This document shows, piece by piece, positions 10,133 through 24,235 of a DNA stretch of 64,000 bases. The position numbers and the translations under genes were made by a program. Where the stretch lies: the NCBI RefSeq assembly GCF_006345805.1, contig NC_042999.1, positions 64,046,001 to 64,110,000 of the forward strand. The letters run 5' to 3'. Each line of letters opens with the position of its first letter. Position 1 is the first letter of the stretch. This DNA comes from Octopus sinensis (lineage: Eukaryota). Under the pieces are notes generated by a model. It did not search any database and was not told the origin of the DNA. It saw only the letters and a list, made by a program, of their open reading frames with translations.

Positions 10133-10723
10133 TTTGCGTGTACTTTATGAATACATGTATTTCTATATGCATGGGATGTGTAAACAAGTCTATGTATGCA
10201 TATGTGTGTGCATGCGTGTGTATGCGTATGTTTTGTACGTACATACAAACATGCATATATCGCATGCATATGAAACTTACTTTTCAACTATTTAAGTATG
10301 TAATTCCAAGACCGCCAGGAAGATGTTTGTTCATATGATGTGAAGACAAGACACTGCGACATGCCATAGGCGCAGCAGATGTCTTTCAAAGAGTTATATG
10401 GAATTATCATATTTATGTTGTTGTTAATGAAACCGTTCTCTTCAGAAATTCTCAAGTGGAGTCATGCAGATAGCCCAGTTTTACAATTAAACTATATAAT
10501 GTTTGAGATGCAAAAGCACGTAACTCTGCATGTGATATTATTATGTTATGCTATGCTAAAGAGGGCAATCACACAATCTTTTAACGAGTCGTCGCTTCCC
10601 ACTTCTTTTTTCCGTTAATTCAGCATCCGGTCCCAAAACATTATTACAGAATAATGTTAGCTTCTTTCTTATCAAGGCACGTATGCAACCTAGCCGAATT
10701 TTTTTTTGTGTGTGTGTGTGTAT

Positions 10724-10758
<35 letters not shown>

Positions 10759-11089
10759 AAATTTTAGGCGGGACACTAGCCAAATTTTAACTTCTCTGGA
10801 GCCTTTTTTCTTACCCCAACACCAACTTCCATTCAAACATTCACGTGACCCCTTCATAATGACCAATCAAAATTTTAGGCGCGAAACCAAGCAAATCCCA
10901 AACAACTCTGGAGCCTCTTTTTTTCACATATAAGAGACAGACTCTAATCTCTCTTTTATATTTTGATAAGCATAACAAATGCGCAACCGGTAAAAAGAAC
11001 TTTCACCTAATTAAATTACTTAAATTACTTCAATTATTTGTCAGCATTTTCTTCATTTCCTTTTATATATATATATATATATATATTAT

Positions 11090-11193
<104 letters not shown>

Positions 11194-11196
11194 TAT

Positions 11197-11532
11197 GAAG
11201 TCGCATGGCTCAGTGGTTAGAGCGTCGAGCTTAAGATAGTGAGGTTGTGAGTTCGAATCCCGGACGGGGCTGCATGTTGTGTTCTTGAGCAAGACACTTT
11301 ATTTCACGTTGCTCCAGTTCACTCAGCTGTAGAAATGAGTTGCGACGTCACAGGTGCCAAGCTGTATCGGCCCCTTTGCCTTTCCCTTGGATAACACTGG
11401 TGGCGTGGAAAGGGAAGGCCAGTATGCATGGGCAACTGCTGGTCTTCCATAAACAACCTTTCCCGGACTTGTACGTCGGAGGGTAACTTTCTAGGTGCAA
11501 TCCCATGGTCATTCATGACCGAAGGGGGTCTC
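11197..11532 (+). mobile_element. tRNA-derived SINE family D with CORE-like block
   Basis: A box TGGCTCAGTGG, B box GAGTTCGAATC, then TTCTTGAGCAAGACACTT. Further copies at 45728-45983 and 60695-60955. Confidence 0.9.
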
Positions 11533-11599
11533 AACATATATATGTATATATCGTGAAATTAACGTGTAAGTAGCTGAGCACTCAATACACACACACGCA

Positions 11600-11938
11600 T
11601 AAGCGCGCGCACATATACATATATATATGCAAATTTACATATATATGTGTATATATATAGTTATATATACATATATATATATACACACATATATATATAT
11701 ATACATAAATATACATAAATATATATACACATATTTATATACATAAATATATAGAGACATATATATATAGACATATATATATATAGACATATATATATAT
11801 AGACATATATATACATAGACATATATATACATATAGATATACATACATATATATATATATACATACACATACATACATACATACATATATATACATACAT
11901 ATACATACACATATATATACATACATACATATACATAC

Positions 11939-11989
<51 letters not shown>

Positions 11990-11990
11990 A
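11600..11990. repeat. Long compound TA/CA microsatellite
   Basis: About 400 bp of TA, TACA and ATATAGAC units. It explains the MYVYIY-type ORFs. Confidence 0.95.
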
Positions 11991-12354
11991 GAATAAAGGG
12001 GTGTGGAGAGTTTCGATTAACCCCACTTGATGAGTTGTATGTTGTGTTTACTAGTTGTTACTGTTGACCAGGACCTACTGCATCTCTGTATCATTTCGTT
12101 TTTTCAAAAGTTTATATACATATATGCATATACATATAAACATGTATGTGAGTGTGTACACGCGCGCGCGTGCGTGCGTGTGCGTGTGTATGTGTGTGCA
12201 TACGCTATTAACTTTACTAGAATCATTTATCTTGCTCGCTGTATTTAGATTCAAACACGTGGAACGGAAGCTTTTGTCTAGTAATTGCATTGATAATTAT
12301 AGTTAATTGAAGGCACACCATAATACACATGTCAATCCTTACCGTATGTGTATT

Positions 12355-13290
12355 TTTCATGTCATCCATCAGTCCATCTACTCTGCCCACTATTTATGGA
12401 TGGTCACGGGGGTTATATTCCTCTATAGGTTCCTATCAGAAGCAACCATTATTTGATTATCCGCCTGGATTCCTAAGTGCGACCAACTGAAATTATGGAT
12501 ATTATCCATCAGTCTCGTTCTCGGTCTACCCGCTAAATTTCCTTTCGGTTTACCCGGCTTCAAGGATTCGCCTTGCGATTCTTTCCTGCAACATTCTAAT
12601 CACGTCCATAGTGCTGGTGTTACGAGTTCTCAATGCAGAGAAATAGCGGCTCAACCTAGAGAGATTCCCTGACCCCCTGTCATAGCGTTACTCCAGACAC
12701 CCTTCGGAGCTACGAAATCTCAATGCAGAGAAATAGCGGCTCAACCTAGAGAGATTCCCTGATCCCATGTCGTAGCGTTACTCCAGACACCCTTCGGAGC
12801 TACGAAAGCTCAATGCAGAGAAATAGCGGCTCAACCTAGAGAGATTCCTTGACCCCCTGTCATAGCGTTACTCCAGACACCCTTCGGAGCTACGAAATCT
12901 CAATGCAGAGAAATAGCGGCTCAACCTAGAGAGATTCCCTGATCCCCTGTCGTAGCGTTACTCCAGACACCCTTCGGAGTTACGAAAGCTCAATGCAGAG
13001 AAATAGCGGCTCAACCTAGAGAGATTCCCTGATCCCTTGTCGTAGCGTTACTCCAGACACCCTTCGGAGCTACGAAATCTCAATGCAGAGAAATCGCAGC
13101 TCAACCTAGAGATATTTCCTGATCCTCTGTCCTAATGTTTCTCCAGATACCCTTCGGTGTAACCCCATTTCAGCCTTTTATATTTGCGATCGTACTCTTT
13201 CAGTCATTAGGCAACATTCATGACCATCGGTGAGGAATAGACACGAAAACCGAATTTAAGGTAGCAAGTTCGGCTTTTTACCAAACTCTC
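12355..13290 (-). pseudogene. RTE (Rex3/Expander-like) LINE 3' fossil containing an internal tandem array
   Basis: Minus translation with frameshifts: LTDGHECCLMTERVRSQI*KAEMGLHRRVSG...YGRVIRMLQERIARRILEA...GRPRTRLMDNI, then a GATG-type tail. Confidence 0.8.
12628..13157. repeat. Six-copy 90-bp tandem repeat
   Basis: CAATGCAGAG recurs at 12631, 12721, 12811, 12901, 12991 and 13081. The unit has stops in all six frames. Confidence 0.97.
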
Positions 13291-14278
13291 CTCTTTTGAG
13301 TTTTGAATCCTGGAGCTGACACATTATTTTGCCAGCAGTTAAATAACAATAAGAAGCGGCGAAATAAAAAAAAAAACAAAAACAAAAAAAACACACAATC
13401 ATCAAAAATTGATTACACTTCACAGCAAAGAATTGTGGGACGGAGTTTTGAGTTTTCTTTTAACGTCTTTTGATGTTGATGTTTGAAGCTAATTCTTGCT
13501 GTTCTGGTTATTCGCTTTTCTAAAAAAAAAATAGTGTCACGTAAAGTACATGTATTCGAGATATATTTCGTTTGGTATTGTTATGACAGACTGTGAATCT
13601 GCAACGACATTCTTGCATTTAGTATAAAGGTCATTTTTAATGAGAAATCCAGTCGAGTTGTTTGAAAAATGTTTTGAAGAAATAAAAATTTAGAATATGA
13701 ATATTTTTCTTTGCGTAGACCTTATCAACAATGACAGTTTATGTAGCATTATGTTCTCTTCAGATACGAAGCATCTGTATTCAACAAAATGAATAAATAA
13801 ATAAATGCATGATGCTGTCATATCATATTCTTTATGTTGTACATTTGATTTGATTCCGTTTCACGAGGGCAAACAGTTGTCAAACACCTAATAACTGTGT
13901 TCTACATACTATATATACAGAGCTCACATGAGTCCCTACGTAGTCACCCGAACCGCTAGAAATAGCAAATATCCGTTGAATCACATTTAGTGCGTGGTAT
14001 CCAGGGTAAAAGTCTTGTACTATAATAGTCCCGAGTCGACCAATCTCTTGTGAGTGAATTTGGTAGACAGAATGTGAAAGTCCGTCGAATCTATAGACAA
14101 GTATGAGTTCGAGTCTCAGCCGGCCGCCAACACATTTTTTCTGCAAAGTAGGGGTAGCTTATCAAGTTCAGGCTATATTATTAGCATTATACTGCGTTAG
14201 AGAATTTAAAATCACTTCTTTAGCTTTCAAAGACATTTCAACGCTTCTAAAACAAACTTCGTTTGTTTACGTTCATCG

Positions 14279-14310
<32 letters not shown>

Positions 14311-14321
<11 letters not shown>

Positions 14322-14489
14322 AGTAAATAAATGGCACAACGAAGCACCAATATTTACTGGAAAATAGCGAACGTAATAAATACGACGCTAATGTATAGCT
14401 TCACTGCGTATGTACTAGTAAAGATGCGTTCGCTATTTTCCAGTAAATATCGGTGCTTCGTTGTGCCATTTATTTACTTTATATGTATA
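14311..14489. mobile_element. MITE/hairpin with 63-bp arms at a TA tract
   Basis: 14311-14373 vs 14427-14489 inverted, 1 mismatch, 53-bp spacer. Confidence 0.85.
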
Positions 14490-14566
14490 ATTTTACCCTC
14501 ACGGGCTATCCTTTACTGGAAAGAAATACTCTCGTATTGCATTACTATTTTCATATATATATATAT

Positions 14567-15092
14567 TCCAAGTTTAGGAACCTTTCCAAGTTGTTAAAGA
14601 TGACGATGAACAGTTGTATGGTTTGAACTAAGATTTATTGCCAATTCTTCAACTGATAATGCAGGATTTTCTTCAAGTAATGCCTCAAGGAGCTTATCAT
14701 CAAACTCAACTGGACGTCCTGTTCGATCTTCATCTTCGAGGCTAAAATCTCCACTTGTGAATTTTGCAAACCATCTTCTGAAGTTCTTTCATTCAAGCAT
14801 TCTTTCCCATAAACTGAGTGTATGTTTCGAGTCGCTTCGGCTGCAGAGTTTCCTTTTTTGTACTCATAAAGCATTATATGCCTTAAATGCTCTTTGAATA
14901 CTTCCATGTTAGAAAGGGTTTTAATCAAAGAAATTTTAATTCTAGTATTCTGTAAAATAATTCTTAATTAGTTTAAATGTACACCAATGCATATAAATAA
15001 TTTTAAATTCCAGTAGACATTCTAAACTACTATTAAATTTCATTTAATTTAAAAAAAAGGTAAAATCGGACAGAACTTATGGGATGACCTGA
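14567..15092 (-). pseudogene. Mariner transposon 5' fragment (TIR plus transposase N-terminal HTH)
   Basis: Translation EHLRHIMLYEYKKGNSAAEATRNIHSVYG...RWFAKFTSGDFSLEDEDRTGRP...LGKVPKLG. TIR-like TCAGGTCATCCCATAAGTT at 15074-15092. Truncated just before the WVPH motif. Confidence 0.9.
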
Positions 15093-15449
15093 TTGAATAC
15101 CATTTTATATTTACAAATCAATGCAGATAAAGAAGGCTAGCGCATCAGGTCACCAGAATATCCTGGTTACAACACTGCTTTAACTATTCATATACATGCA
15201 AAATTTTCCTTTTATATGTACAACATATGCAAGACCAATGCTAGATAGAATTAGTTTGGTATAATCATTAAAGATAAATATAAATAATAAATATATTTTG
15301 TATCATATCAATTAAGATGCTGGATCTAAGTTTCGGGAATTGACCATCCTTAATGGAAATAAAAGACAGGAAAAGGATAGGAAAGGAAGTAAAGAAGACA
15401 AGTAAAATAACAAATTTTTAGAAAGTGACTAAAAATACGTATATTTCAC

Positions 15450-15790
15450 TTGCTTCTGTCATTTTGACTGTGGCCATGCTGGGGCACTGTCTTGAAGGGT
15501 TTTAGTCGAACAAATCGACCCCAGGAAAGATTCTTTTAAACCTAGTATTTTTCTATTGGCCTTTTTTGTCGAACCGCTAATTTACGTAAACAAACCAACA
15601 TCGTTCGCAAGCGGTGGTGGTGAACAAACACACACACGCAGATATATACGACCGGCTTCTTTCATTTACCGTCTACCAAATTCACTCGCAAGGTTTTGGG
15701 TGACCCGAGGTTATAGTAAAAGGCACTTTCTCAAGTTGCCGCACAGTGTGGCTAGATCCGGAACCATTTTGTCGGGAAGCAATCTTGAGA
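15450..15790 (-). mobile_element. Diverged SINE family A
   Basis: Recognisable tail, body and B-box region with many substitutions. Confidence 0.75.
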
Positions 15791-16284
15791 TATAAAAGTT
15801 AAACCAAGTGATTAATATTGGGCAACAGTTATTTTAAAATAGGGTTAAACGATCAAGGGACCAAATTACACTCTGTCTCAATAAACCGCAGTGAAATCTA
15901 AACAATGGTCACACCTATATAGAAGCACACATGTATATATATATGAGCACTAACATAATAAAAATACACACCCACACCCACACAGCTGTATATTCATATA
16001 CCCATTTATATGCGTATCACAAATATTAGTACATACAAAACCGTATTTATATATACACAAGCTTAAACACATATACAAATCTAAATGCATACAAAAATAC
16101 ATACATACATATACACAATATAAATAGACATATGTATAAATGCATGAAGAAGAATACATACACATATGAACCTATAGTCATATATGCAAACATACATGCG
16201 TACATACACACATATATGTGTGTGTGTGTGTGTTTGTGTGTACGCACACACAGGCTTTATTGTATAGACATATGCACATATATA

Positions 16285-16463
16285 TTTCTTTATTGCCCAC
16301 AAGGGGCTAAACATAGAGGGGACAAACAAGGACAGAAAAAGGGATTAAGTCGATTACATCGACACCAGTGCGTAACTGGTACTTTATTTATCGACCCCGA
16401 AAGGATGAAAGGCATACTGCTAAGCATTTCGCCCGGCGTGCTAACGTTTCTGCCAGCTCGCCG
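16285..16463 (-). mobile_element. SINE family B (B1 tail) with internal deletion
   Basis: TTTAGCCCCTTGTGGGCAATAAAGAAATA tail, GTCGATAAATAAAGTACCAG block and GGCGAGCTGGCAGAAACGTTAGC head on minus. Confidence 0.85.
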
Positions 16464-16850
16464 CCATATATATACGCAGTAAATTCTATACAGATAGATA
16501 CCTATATAAACACATTCAGTTGCACACACACTCATGCACACAAACATGCATATATGCACGTGTAGATCTGTACCTAGCTATATATACAACATATAAATAC
16601 ACACAAGCACACACACATAAATTGTAATAATACTCATAATTTTTTATATAAAATTTTCACTGTTCTGGGTTCTGTTTATGGTTTGGGCTATCAGTCGAGT
16701 GTATGGGCATTGATGTAGCGGATATTTTAATTTTTGATCTTCAGTGAACCTAGCTGACGAATACTAGCCAGATTTATGATAGCAAACATATTCTGGAAAG
16801 TCCGAAACTCGAGTACTAAGTTATCCACTTTCTCTGGCGTTCTTCTAGAG

Positions 16851-17181
16851 CAGTGGTCACAAAGTGAGCGGTATTGCCCCCATTGGGTGCAACGGAAAGT
16901 TCCAGTGAGGCGTTGAAGAAAAGTGTGATGATAATGGGATAGCGATTCATATAAAATGTGGGGTGATAATGGGGTAGCAATTTATGTAAAATGTGGGGTG
17001 ATAGTGGGGTAGCATTATAACAAAATAATAGGTACATTAGGTTAAGTTTTATTTGTAATATACAGTTGCTTTGAATTTGCTTCAGAAAGAGGTCTATGTG
17101 GTGATTAGTAGAGGTGGGGGCACTACGAATGTGGCCTGGATGTCAAGGCGGCGGCAGCCCGAAAAAGTTTGGGAACCACTG
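16851..17181. mobile_element. hAT (Charlie-type) MITE
   Basis: Ends CAGTGGTCACAAA and TTTGGGAACCACTG. 8-bp TSD TTCTAGAG / TTCTAAAG (7 of 8 match) fits the NTCTAGAN target preference. Confidence 0.85.
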
Positions 17182-18075
17182 TTCTAAAGGTAAGACGAAT
17201 TTTTTTTATATATTCAACGCCCGCACACATCTTTGCCTCTAAACATTCAGTGAAGCTTTACAATAGCGTCGTACAGTTATTAACTGCTATTTGCAGAAAA
17301 CATTGGTACCTTGCTGTGCTACTAATTTCTATTTTATCTCTCTCTCTATTACACACACACACACTAGCAATGCATCCCGGCGTTGCCGGGATGTTATGAC
17401 CTACAACCATATTGCATTATTTGCTCCTTTCTTATGGGCAGAATCGGCACAGCCGACATATAGTTAATGGAATAATGGAAGTTGTTTGTTTAATCGTGAA
17501 GGGCGAGGGTACAATTTGTATGAAAGTGCTTTCTGTTCTTGAGAAGGATCAGAAACTATGTATTGTTTCATCGTGTAAAAGTGGGCTAATACAATTTTGT
17601 TCAGAAATAACAGATAGAAAAATGAATGTCCCTTAATACATTATTTTTGGTTGTGGCTTATTTTAATACAATATTTATGTGTACATTTTCATAAATGTTC
17701 TACGCATGCGTGAAACATCGGACGACAGTGAAACATTGGAAGCAAATCGAAATATTGTCCGAATATGATCTCAAAATTGTGCAAACCAATGTAGTTGCCG
17801 AGGTTACTTTATTTGTAAAAAAGAGTTGTTGAGTCAAAAACATAATTTATTTGGTAGATAGATAATAAGCAGCTTTCTTTATTATAATACAGGTGTGACT
17901 AATTCGGAGAAACATTACTTCCATTATTGAAACATCGTCACTCTTGTAATACAACACTTTGTAATTTTGGTTGAAATTGAAAGTATTAAACTATTTTCAC
18001 TTTCTAATGAAAGCTGGTCGTTGTAGAGCAGTGTTTTTCAAATAACTATAGCTGGTTGTCGAGATAACGTAGAAA

Positions 18076-18130
<55 letters not shown>

Positions 18131-18131
<1 letters not shown>

Positions 18132-18425
18132 AGGCACATGGCCTAGAGGTTAGAGCAGCGGACTCGCGGTCGAGGGATCGCGGGTTCGAATCTCAGACCG
18201 GGCGATATGTGTGTTTATGAGCGAAACACCTAAGCTCCACGTGATCAGAAGGTGATGGCGAACTTCTGCTGACTCTTTCGCCACAAATTTCTTTCACTCT
18301 TTCTTCCTGCATCTTGCAGCTCACCCGCGACGGACGTCCCATCCAGGTGGGGAACCTATACGCCAAGGAAACCGAGAAACCGGCCCTATGAGCCAGGCAT
18401 GGCTTGAGAAGGAGGAAACAACATA
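18131..18425 (+). mobile_element. SINE family C (tail type 1)
   Basis: A/B boxes and tail match 1385-1686. Preceded by (TG)n. Confidence 0.9.
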
Positions 18426-19085
18426 TATATATATATATACGCATATATACACTCATGAAATAATTTCATCAATTGGATCTCCTGGATTTCAGCTGCATAG
18501 AACTCTGCATTATACTTCTCTTCATTGGTTTACTATGTGGTATGCTAGCCGGTTCCACTAGAGGAGCTTTCTGTAATAGCCTCATGATTCTATAAATCCA
18601 TATATTGCACTACTAATGTGTGTGTGTGTGTGTGTGTGTGTATGCCTTTATTTTGTGTTCGTCCCCTAACTCCACCCCTTGACAACCATTTGTATATGCC
18701 CCCTTATTTAATGGTTCGGCATGGAGAACAATAGAATAAGTACCAGCGTTGAAAGAACAGTAAGTCGACTTGCTGGCCTAAACCTTTCCAAGTGGTACAA
18801 CAGCATGTCTGCAGTCTAATGAGTGAAACGAATGAAAGAAGATAAATGAAAGATACATATCTCAGTGCAAGGCTTGCAAAACGTTTGCGAATGTCTCTTA
18901 TACAGGGCTTGTGAACATTATGTGATATATAGAACTTAACAGAAGAGTAAAGTAGAAGGACGAGTTTAAGTACATTAAAAAGTTACAGTTTATTCGTGTT
19001 TGGCCGAGCGAATGAATTCTTTGCTCGTCAGTTTTGAATAGGCGTTCGCATGCACACATGTACACACACACACACACACACACAC

Positions 19086-19167
<82 letters not shown>

Positions 19168-19572
19168 ACATGTAAACGCTATTACCGAAACTTTAATGAT
19201 ATCATTGACGACTGGAGAGGAGGTGACTGTCAGAGGCTACACATACCCCCACCCTCTGTTCTTGACAATTCCGTCATGCTTTTTTAATGCCTTTATAATA
19301 AGGAAACCGTATTAACACTGTTTAGTAAAGCTAAGCTACTGCTGGAATTTCAGGGTCTAAGTGGCTTCTTAACACTTACCAACACATACGCATACTTGCG
19401 TGAGACAGACAGACGCTGGTGGTCAGAATGACCTCATACTAGAGTGAACAATCGCTTCACCGCAGCTGCTGTTTTAACAACCACAGTAACTTTTTCTTTT
19501 TCTCTTCATGCACACACACAGTATATAAATATATACATACACATGCATACCTACTTACATATATACACACAA

Positions 19573-19627
<55 letters not shown>

Positions 19628-20084
19628 ATAAGAGTGGTAAAAATATATTTTATCAAGTGCACACACACGATCGCATATGGAACTCACTACGCTGGATAGT
19701 GTGAATAGATATGTTTATCGTATGATAGTTTTCTCAGAGTTTCATCCTTTGTTGGGCTGTTCAGTGCACTCCCTCTCTCTCTCTCTCTGTACACACAAAC
19801 ACACATGTATATATTACATATACATATATATGTGTATCTATGGTTCGACAGACAGACAGACACGTTCTTATGAAAAAAAATTCAACGCAATCTAAATAAC
19901 AGTTTATGTCATGGAGAAAGTGAGCAGCATTAAAAATGATGTTATTACTCACGTATGAATTTCTGATGTATAATATACTTGTAGATACAATGTCTGTAAT
20001 AAAAAGGCGGGTTGGTCACAACTGGAACGTCTTTATTCAATAAGTTTTCTCTGTGATGATTCAGTCGAAAACAACAACCACAGC

Positions 20085-20495
20085 TCTTTTACTCTTTTAC
20101 TTGTTTCAGCCATTTGACTGTGGCCATCCTGGAGCACCGTCTTTAGTCGAGGAAATCGACCCCAGGACTTATTCTTTAGAAGCCTAGTACTTATTCTATC
20201 GGTCTCTTTTGCCGAACAGCTAAGTTACGGGGACGTAAACACACCACCATCGGTTGTCAAGCGATGTTGGGGGAAGGGGAACAAACACAGAAACACAAAC
20301 ATATATACACACACATACACACACACATATATATATATACATATATACGACGGGCTTCTTTCAGTTTCCGTTTACCAAATCCACTCACAAGGCTTTGGTC
20401 GGCCCGAGGTTATAGTAGAAGACACTTGCCCAAGGTGTCACGCAGTGGGACTGAACCCGGAACCACATGGTTGGTAAGCAAGCTACTTACCACAC
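20085..20495 (-). mobile_element. SINE family A, near full length
   Basis: All family A blocks present in reverse. Confidence 0.92.
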
Positions 20496-20539
20496 ATTTT
20501 GATTCAAGCTCAGCAATTATGTGAGAAGGGAAAACATGA

Positions 20540-20925
20540 TTACACCAATCCCAGCGAACAACTGGTACTTATTTTGTTTACCCTAAAAGAATGAAAGACA
20601 AAGTCGACCTCGGCGGAATTTGAATCCAGAAAGTATAGTAGGAAGAAATACAGCCAAACATTTTGTCCGGCGCAGTATCGATTCTGTCTTCTCGCTTCCT
20701 TTACAGCTGCTAATAATGTATTCAAATTTTGGCACAAATCCCGCAGTTTCAAGGGAGGGGACAAATAGATTGCATCGTCGCTAGTTTTCAACTGGTGCTT
20801 ATTTTACCGATCCCGAAAGGATGAAAAGCAAAGTCAACTTTGAACTGGGAATGTAAAAACAGACGAAATAGCGGTATTTTGTTGGGTGTGCTAACGATTT
20901 TGTCAGTTCGTCGTCTTGCAGCTGC
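20540..20925 (-). mobile_element. Two tandem diverged SINE B copies
   Basis: Two AAAGGATGAAAGGCAAAGTCGAC-like blocks in the same orientation. Confidence 0.75.
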
Positions 20926-22602
20926 TAATAACTACTAAAGCCACAACAAATTACTACCTCTAAGAACAACAGCGGCATATCTCTTCCAACTCACGCCATA
21001 AAATGTAGTGATACATTTGGAAAATGTAATCTCAGATCTATACACACGCACATACATGCACAAAAAATACAAATTGATGTAATGGTCGCGATTGGAAGGC
21101 CTTTGATTCTGTTGAACTGATAAACCAAGGATGATTTGGGGCTAAATGACCATTCCTTTGTTCTTTTATTTTTGAAATTGTACTTCATGAATGACTAAGT
21201 TGATTACTCCAGGTCATATCTTATCCAGCAGATCTATGATGAAAGGCGTTCTAGCCATGACCATCAAGTCATTGCATGTTTAAGACCAACTACAAATACA
21301 ACATGTACTCCTATTGTTAAGACAACAATGTACTGAATTGAGGGTGATTTGGCTACTGTTTCTGGAAGATAGTGTTATTACGTAGAAACCTTTTCATTGA
21401 CTCGTGATAAGGAAGTTGTTGTCTAACCACATGTTAGCTCTGACTAAGCATTCGTATGGTCTAAGGCCTTTATACCGTGATCAATTAGTAAAACTGTTTG
21501 AGCGTCGAACAAAAAAAAAACATTTAAATTTTAGAGTTCAAGTCATACGAGGTCAATTTCCCTTTCGTCTATAAGGGGATCGATAAAATATAGAACCAAG
21601 CGAAATGTGAATGGAAATATAACAGAAGATCTTGTTTTGTTTTTATGACATAGGGCTTCAAGGCCTACCTTATCTAGAGTCACATCTTTTATGCAGGCCT
21701 TGAATCTTGCAACGGACCGGTGGCCCGTTCAGGGAGAATGTTGAGCTCTCGGTCATTTAAACGATATGGAAACCGCGTAACCAGCCTCATCATTCCATGG
21801 GCTCGAGAAAAAATGAAGATGTTACAAGAGATCAACTTACATACCCCCCACGGGCTTTGGTTAAGCATTCATACATTTAGAGACTATGTATACCCCAGGG
21901 TAAAGAACCCTTGCTTAGAAGTTCTCACGTTGTCTCGTAAGGAATTCGATGAATTGTGAAATGAAAGCCGGGGCAAGCAGAAGTTCCGTTTATAATTCAG
22001 TTTTTGTATGCCGATCGGCCAACTGCAGCGTTAAGGAAACCTATTTATAATGTGCTCGCAGTGACTGTTGAAGAACTGTTTACACTTTTGAAACCTGCCA
22101 TGAATTACATTAACCACACACGAAACATGCAAATCTTGCACACAAGCTAAATGCTAGATAAATATTATTTTTGTGATATCCATTACCATAAAGGCTTCCA
22201 GTCATGTTAACTTATTCCACTGAGCTGACATAAAATTGTACAGGCGAGACCCATATCGTTGTAGTGTGGATGGCCTTGTGTGAGTAGTGTTCTTTCTGGT
22301 AATTTACGGTGCACCAGCTGCTGGAAAACAGCGTATGGTGTAGCGTTTGTTTATATTGAATTTTTATTATGTTATTCTAATCTCTGTCATAAGTAAGTTT
22401 AATGAGTTTACCAAACAAGAGTTTAAGTAGGAAATACGTCTGGGTGGACTGCATAAGGTTACAGTTAGTGATGCTCAACGAATGTTAAGCAGTCTATTCC
22501 ACTTGATTACTAGAGTATGGTAGAGGTTTGTATTTTATACTTGGCCTATAACTTGACCCTATGTTTTAGATAATTTTTTATAATAATAATAATAATAATA
22601 AT

Positions 22603-22631
22603 GTCACTTTGATGACATGCACTGCTTTCTC
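22603..22631 (+). mobile_element. 29-bp 3' stub of the (TAA)n-inserted element
   Basis: GTCACTTTGATGACATGCACTGCTTTCTC matches the 3' end of 24236-24788 and 35719-35898. TAA repeats on both sides. Confidence 0.8.
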
Positions 22632-22686
<55 letters not shown>

Positions 22687-22689
22687 TAA

Positions 22690-24177
22690 AGCACTAATAC
22701 TACTCTCAAGTGAACTGAACAGAACAGGATATGGCTATAAAATTGACAACAGGAAAATAAGCCATCTATTTTATGTGGATGATTTAAAACTATATGGCAA
22801 AGATGATGAAGAGCTTGAAGGACTACTACATACTGTGAAAGGATTCAGTGATGATATCGGGATGGAGCTTGGTCTTGAAAAGTGTGCCAAAGCCACTTTT
22901 AAGAAAGGGAAACTGGTAAAGTCTAGTTCAATCGAATTAGATGTCGAAACAGTAAAAAAGGAACTTGAGCAGGAACAAACCTATAAATACCTGGGAATAA
23001 ATGAAGGCTCTGGTATCCAGCATGCAAGCATGAAAGAGAAGGTTAGGAAGGATTGTTATAGAAGAGTTCGAGCAGTCCTGAAGTCTGAGCTGAATGCATA
23101 TAATAAGGTGTTAGCCATAAATTCCTTAGCAGTACTAGTTGTTCTATGTAGCTTCAATGTGCTTAACTGGAATACCAGTGAAATAATGAAAATTGACAGA
23201 AAAATCCGCAAGCTACTGACTTGTAATAAGAGACACTACCCAAAGGCAGACGTGGATCGTCTTTACCTTCCCAGAACTTAGAGAGGTCGAAGTTTGATCC
23301 AGCTTGAACTTACATACAAAGCCACCACAATCGGACTGGCCAAATACCTTGAAGCAACCAATGATTGGATGCTAAAAGTTGTTGAAAAACATGAAAGACC
23401 GAAAAAACTTCACTCTATTCTCAAAGAGAGCGAAAAATTCGCAGCTGATCTCTTAGATACTCATCAGATTGATCAGGCTGAAGGAAATGTATTTCCATTG
23501 GACAATATGTCGGCATTATAAAATCAAAACCGCTGACAAATGGTATAAACACCATCCTGAAGCTATGACTAAGGGAGAAAATGTGTCGATTCTATGGGAC
23601 TTCCCCGTACAGACCGACAAAACTATAAAAGCTAATAAACCGGATATTATTATAAAAGATCAGACAAAAAAGATATGTTTATTAATTGACATGAGTATTC
23701 CTTGCAATCACAATGTAGCGGCGAAATAATTTGACAAGATTAGTAAATATAAAGACTTGCTAATAGAAATTGAAAAAATGTGGCACTCAAGGCGACTACA
23801 GTACCAGTGATTGTAGGATCTCTAGGAATGATAAAAAAAGGTACTGAAACTTATTTGAAAATGATTCCAGGCTTACCATCCCTACAGGAAGTGCAAAAAA
23901 TCGTATTAACCGGAACGGCTCATGTACTGAGAAGAGCATTATCACTATGAAAACAACATCCATTCATACTCTTTTATTCTCTTTTACTTGTTTCAGTCAT
24001 TTGACTGTGACCATGCTGGAGCACCGAATTTATTTATTTATTAATTTTTAAATACATATTTTATCTGTGAATTTGCGCGTGTAATCTGGGAATGCATACA
24101 ATGAGCTTCTCTGCCCTAGGTGTATGGAAAACACTCGGCGAGAAACGGAAGAAAATTTGAAGAAAGAAGGAAAAAAC

Positions 24178-24178
<1 letters not shown>
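22690..24178 (+). mobile_element. 5'-truncated R4/Dong-like non-LTR retrotransposon (RT C-terminus plus restriction-like endonuclease), inactivated
   Basis: KISHLFYVDDLKLYGK...CAKATF (RT), then ILWDFPVQTDKTIKANKPDIII...LIDMSIP...KY.DL...PVIVGSLG (PD..D RLE), ending TGA at 23948-23950. Has stops, frameshifts and an apparent internal deletion near 23485. (TAA)n on both flanks. Confidence 0.88.
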
Positions 24179-24216
<38 letters not shown>

Positions 24217-24235
24217 TAATAATAATAATAATAAT

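Noticed and set aside
11197-11270. tRNA genes at SINE heads
   Set aside because: A/B boxes are present, but no closed acceptor stem was seen and each continues into a SINE body.
11635-12026. Long YI/HT/CV/ER/KERK-rich ORFs throughout the track
   Set aside because: These are stop-free frames through di- and tetranucleotide repeats.
12628-13157. 90-bp array as a coding repeat (e.g. zinc finger or ankyrin) or CRISPR
   Set aside because: Stops occur in all six frames of the unit, there are no unique spacers, and it derives from an RTE fossil.
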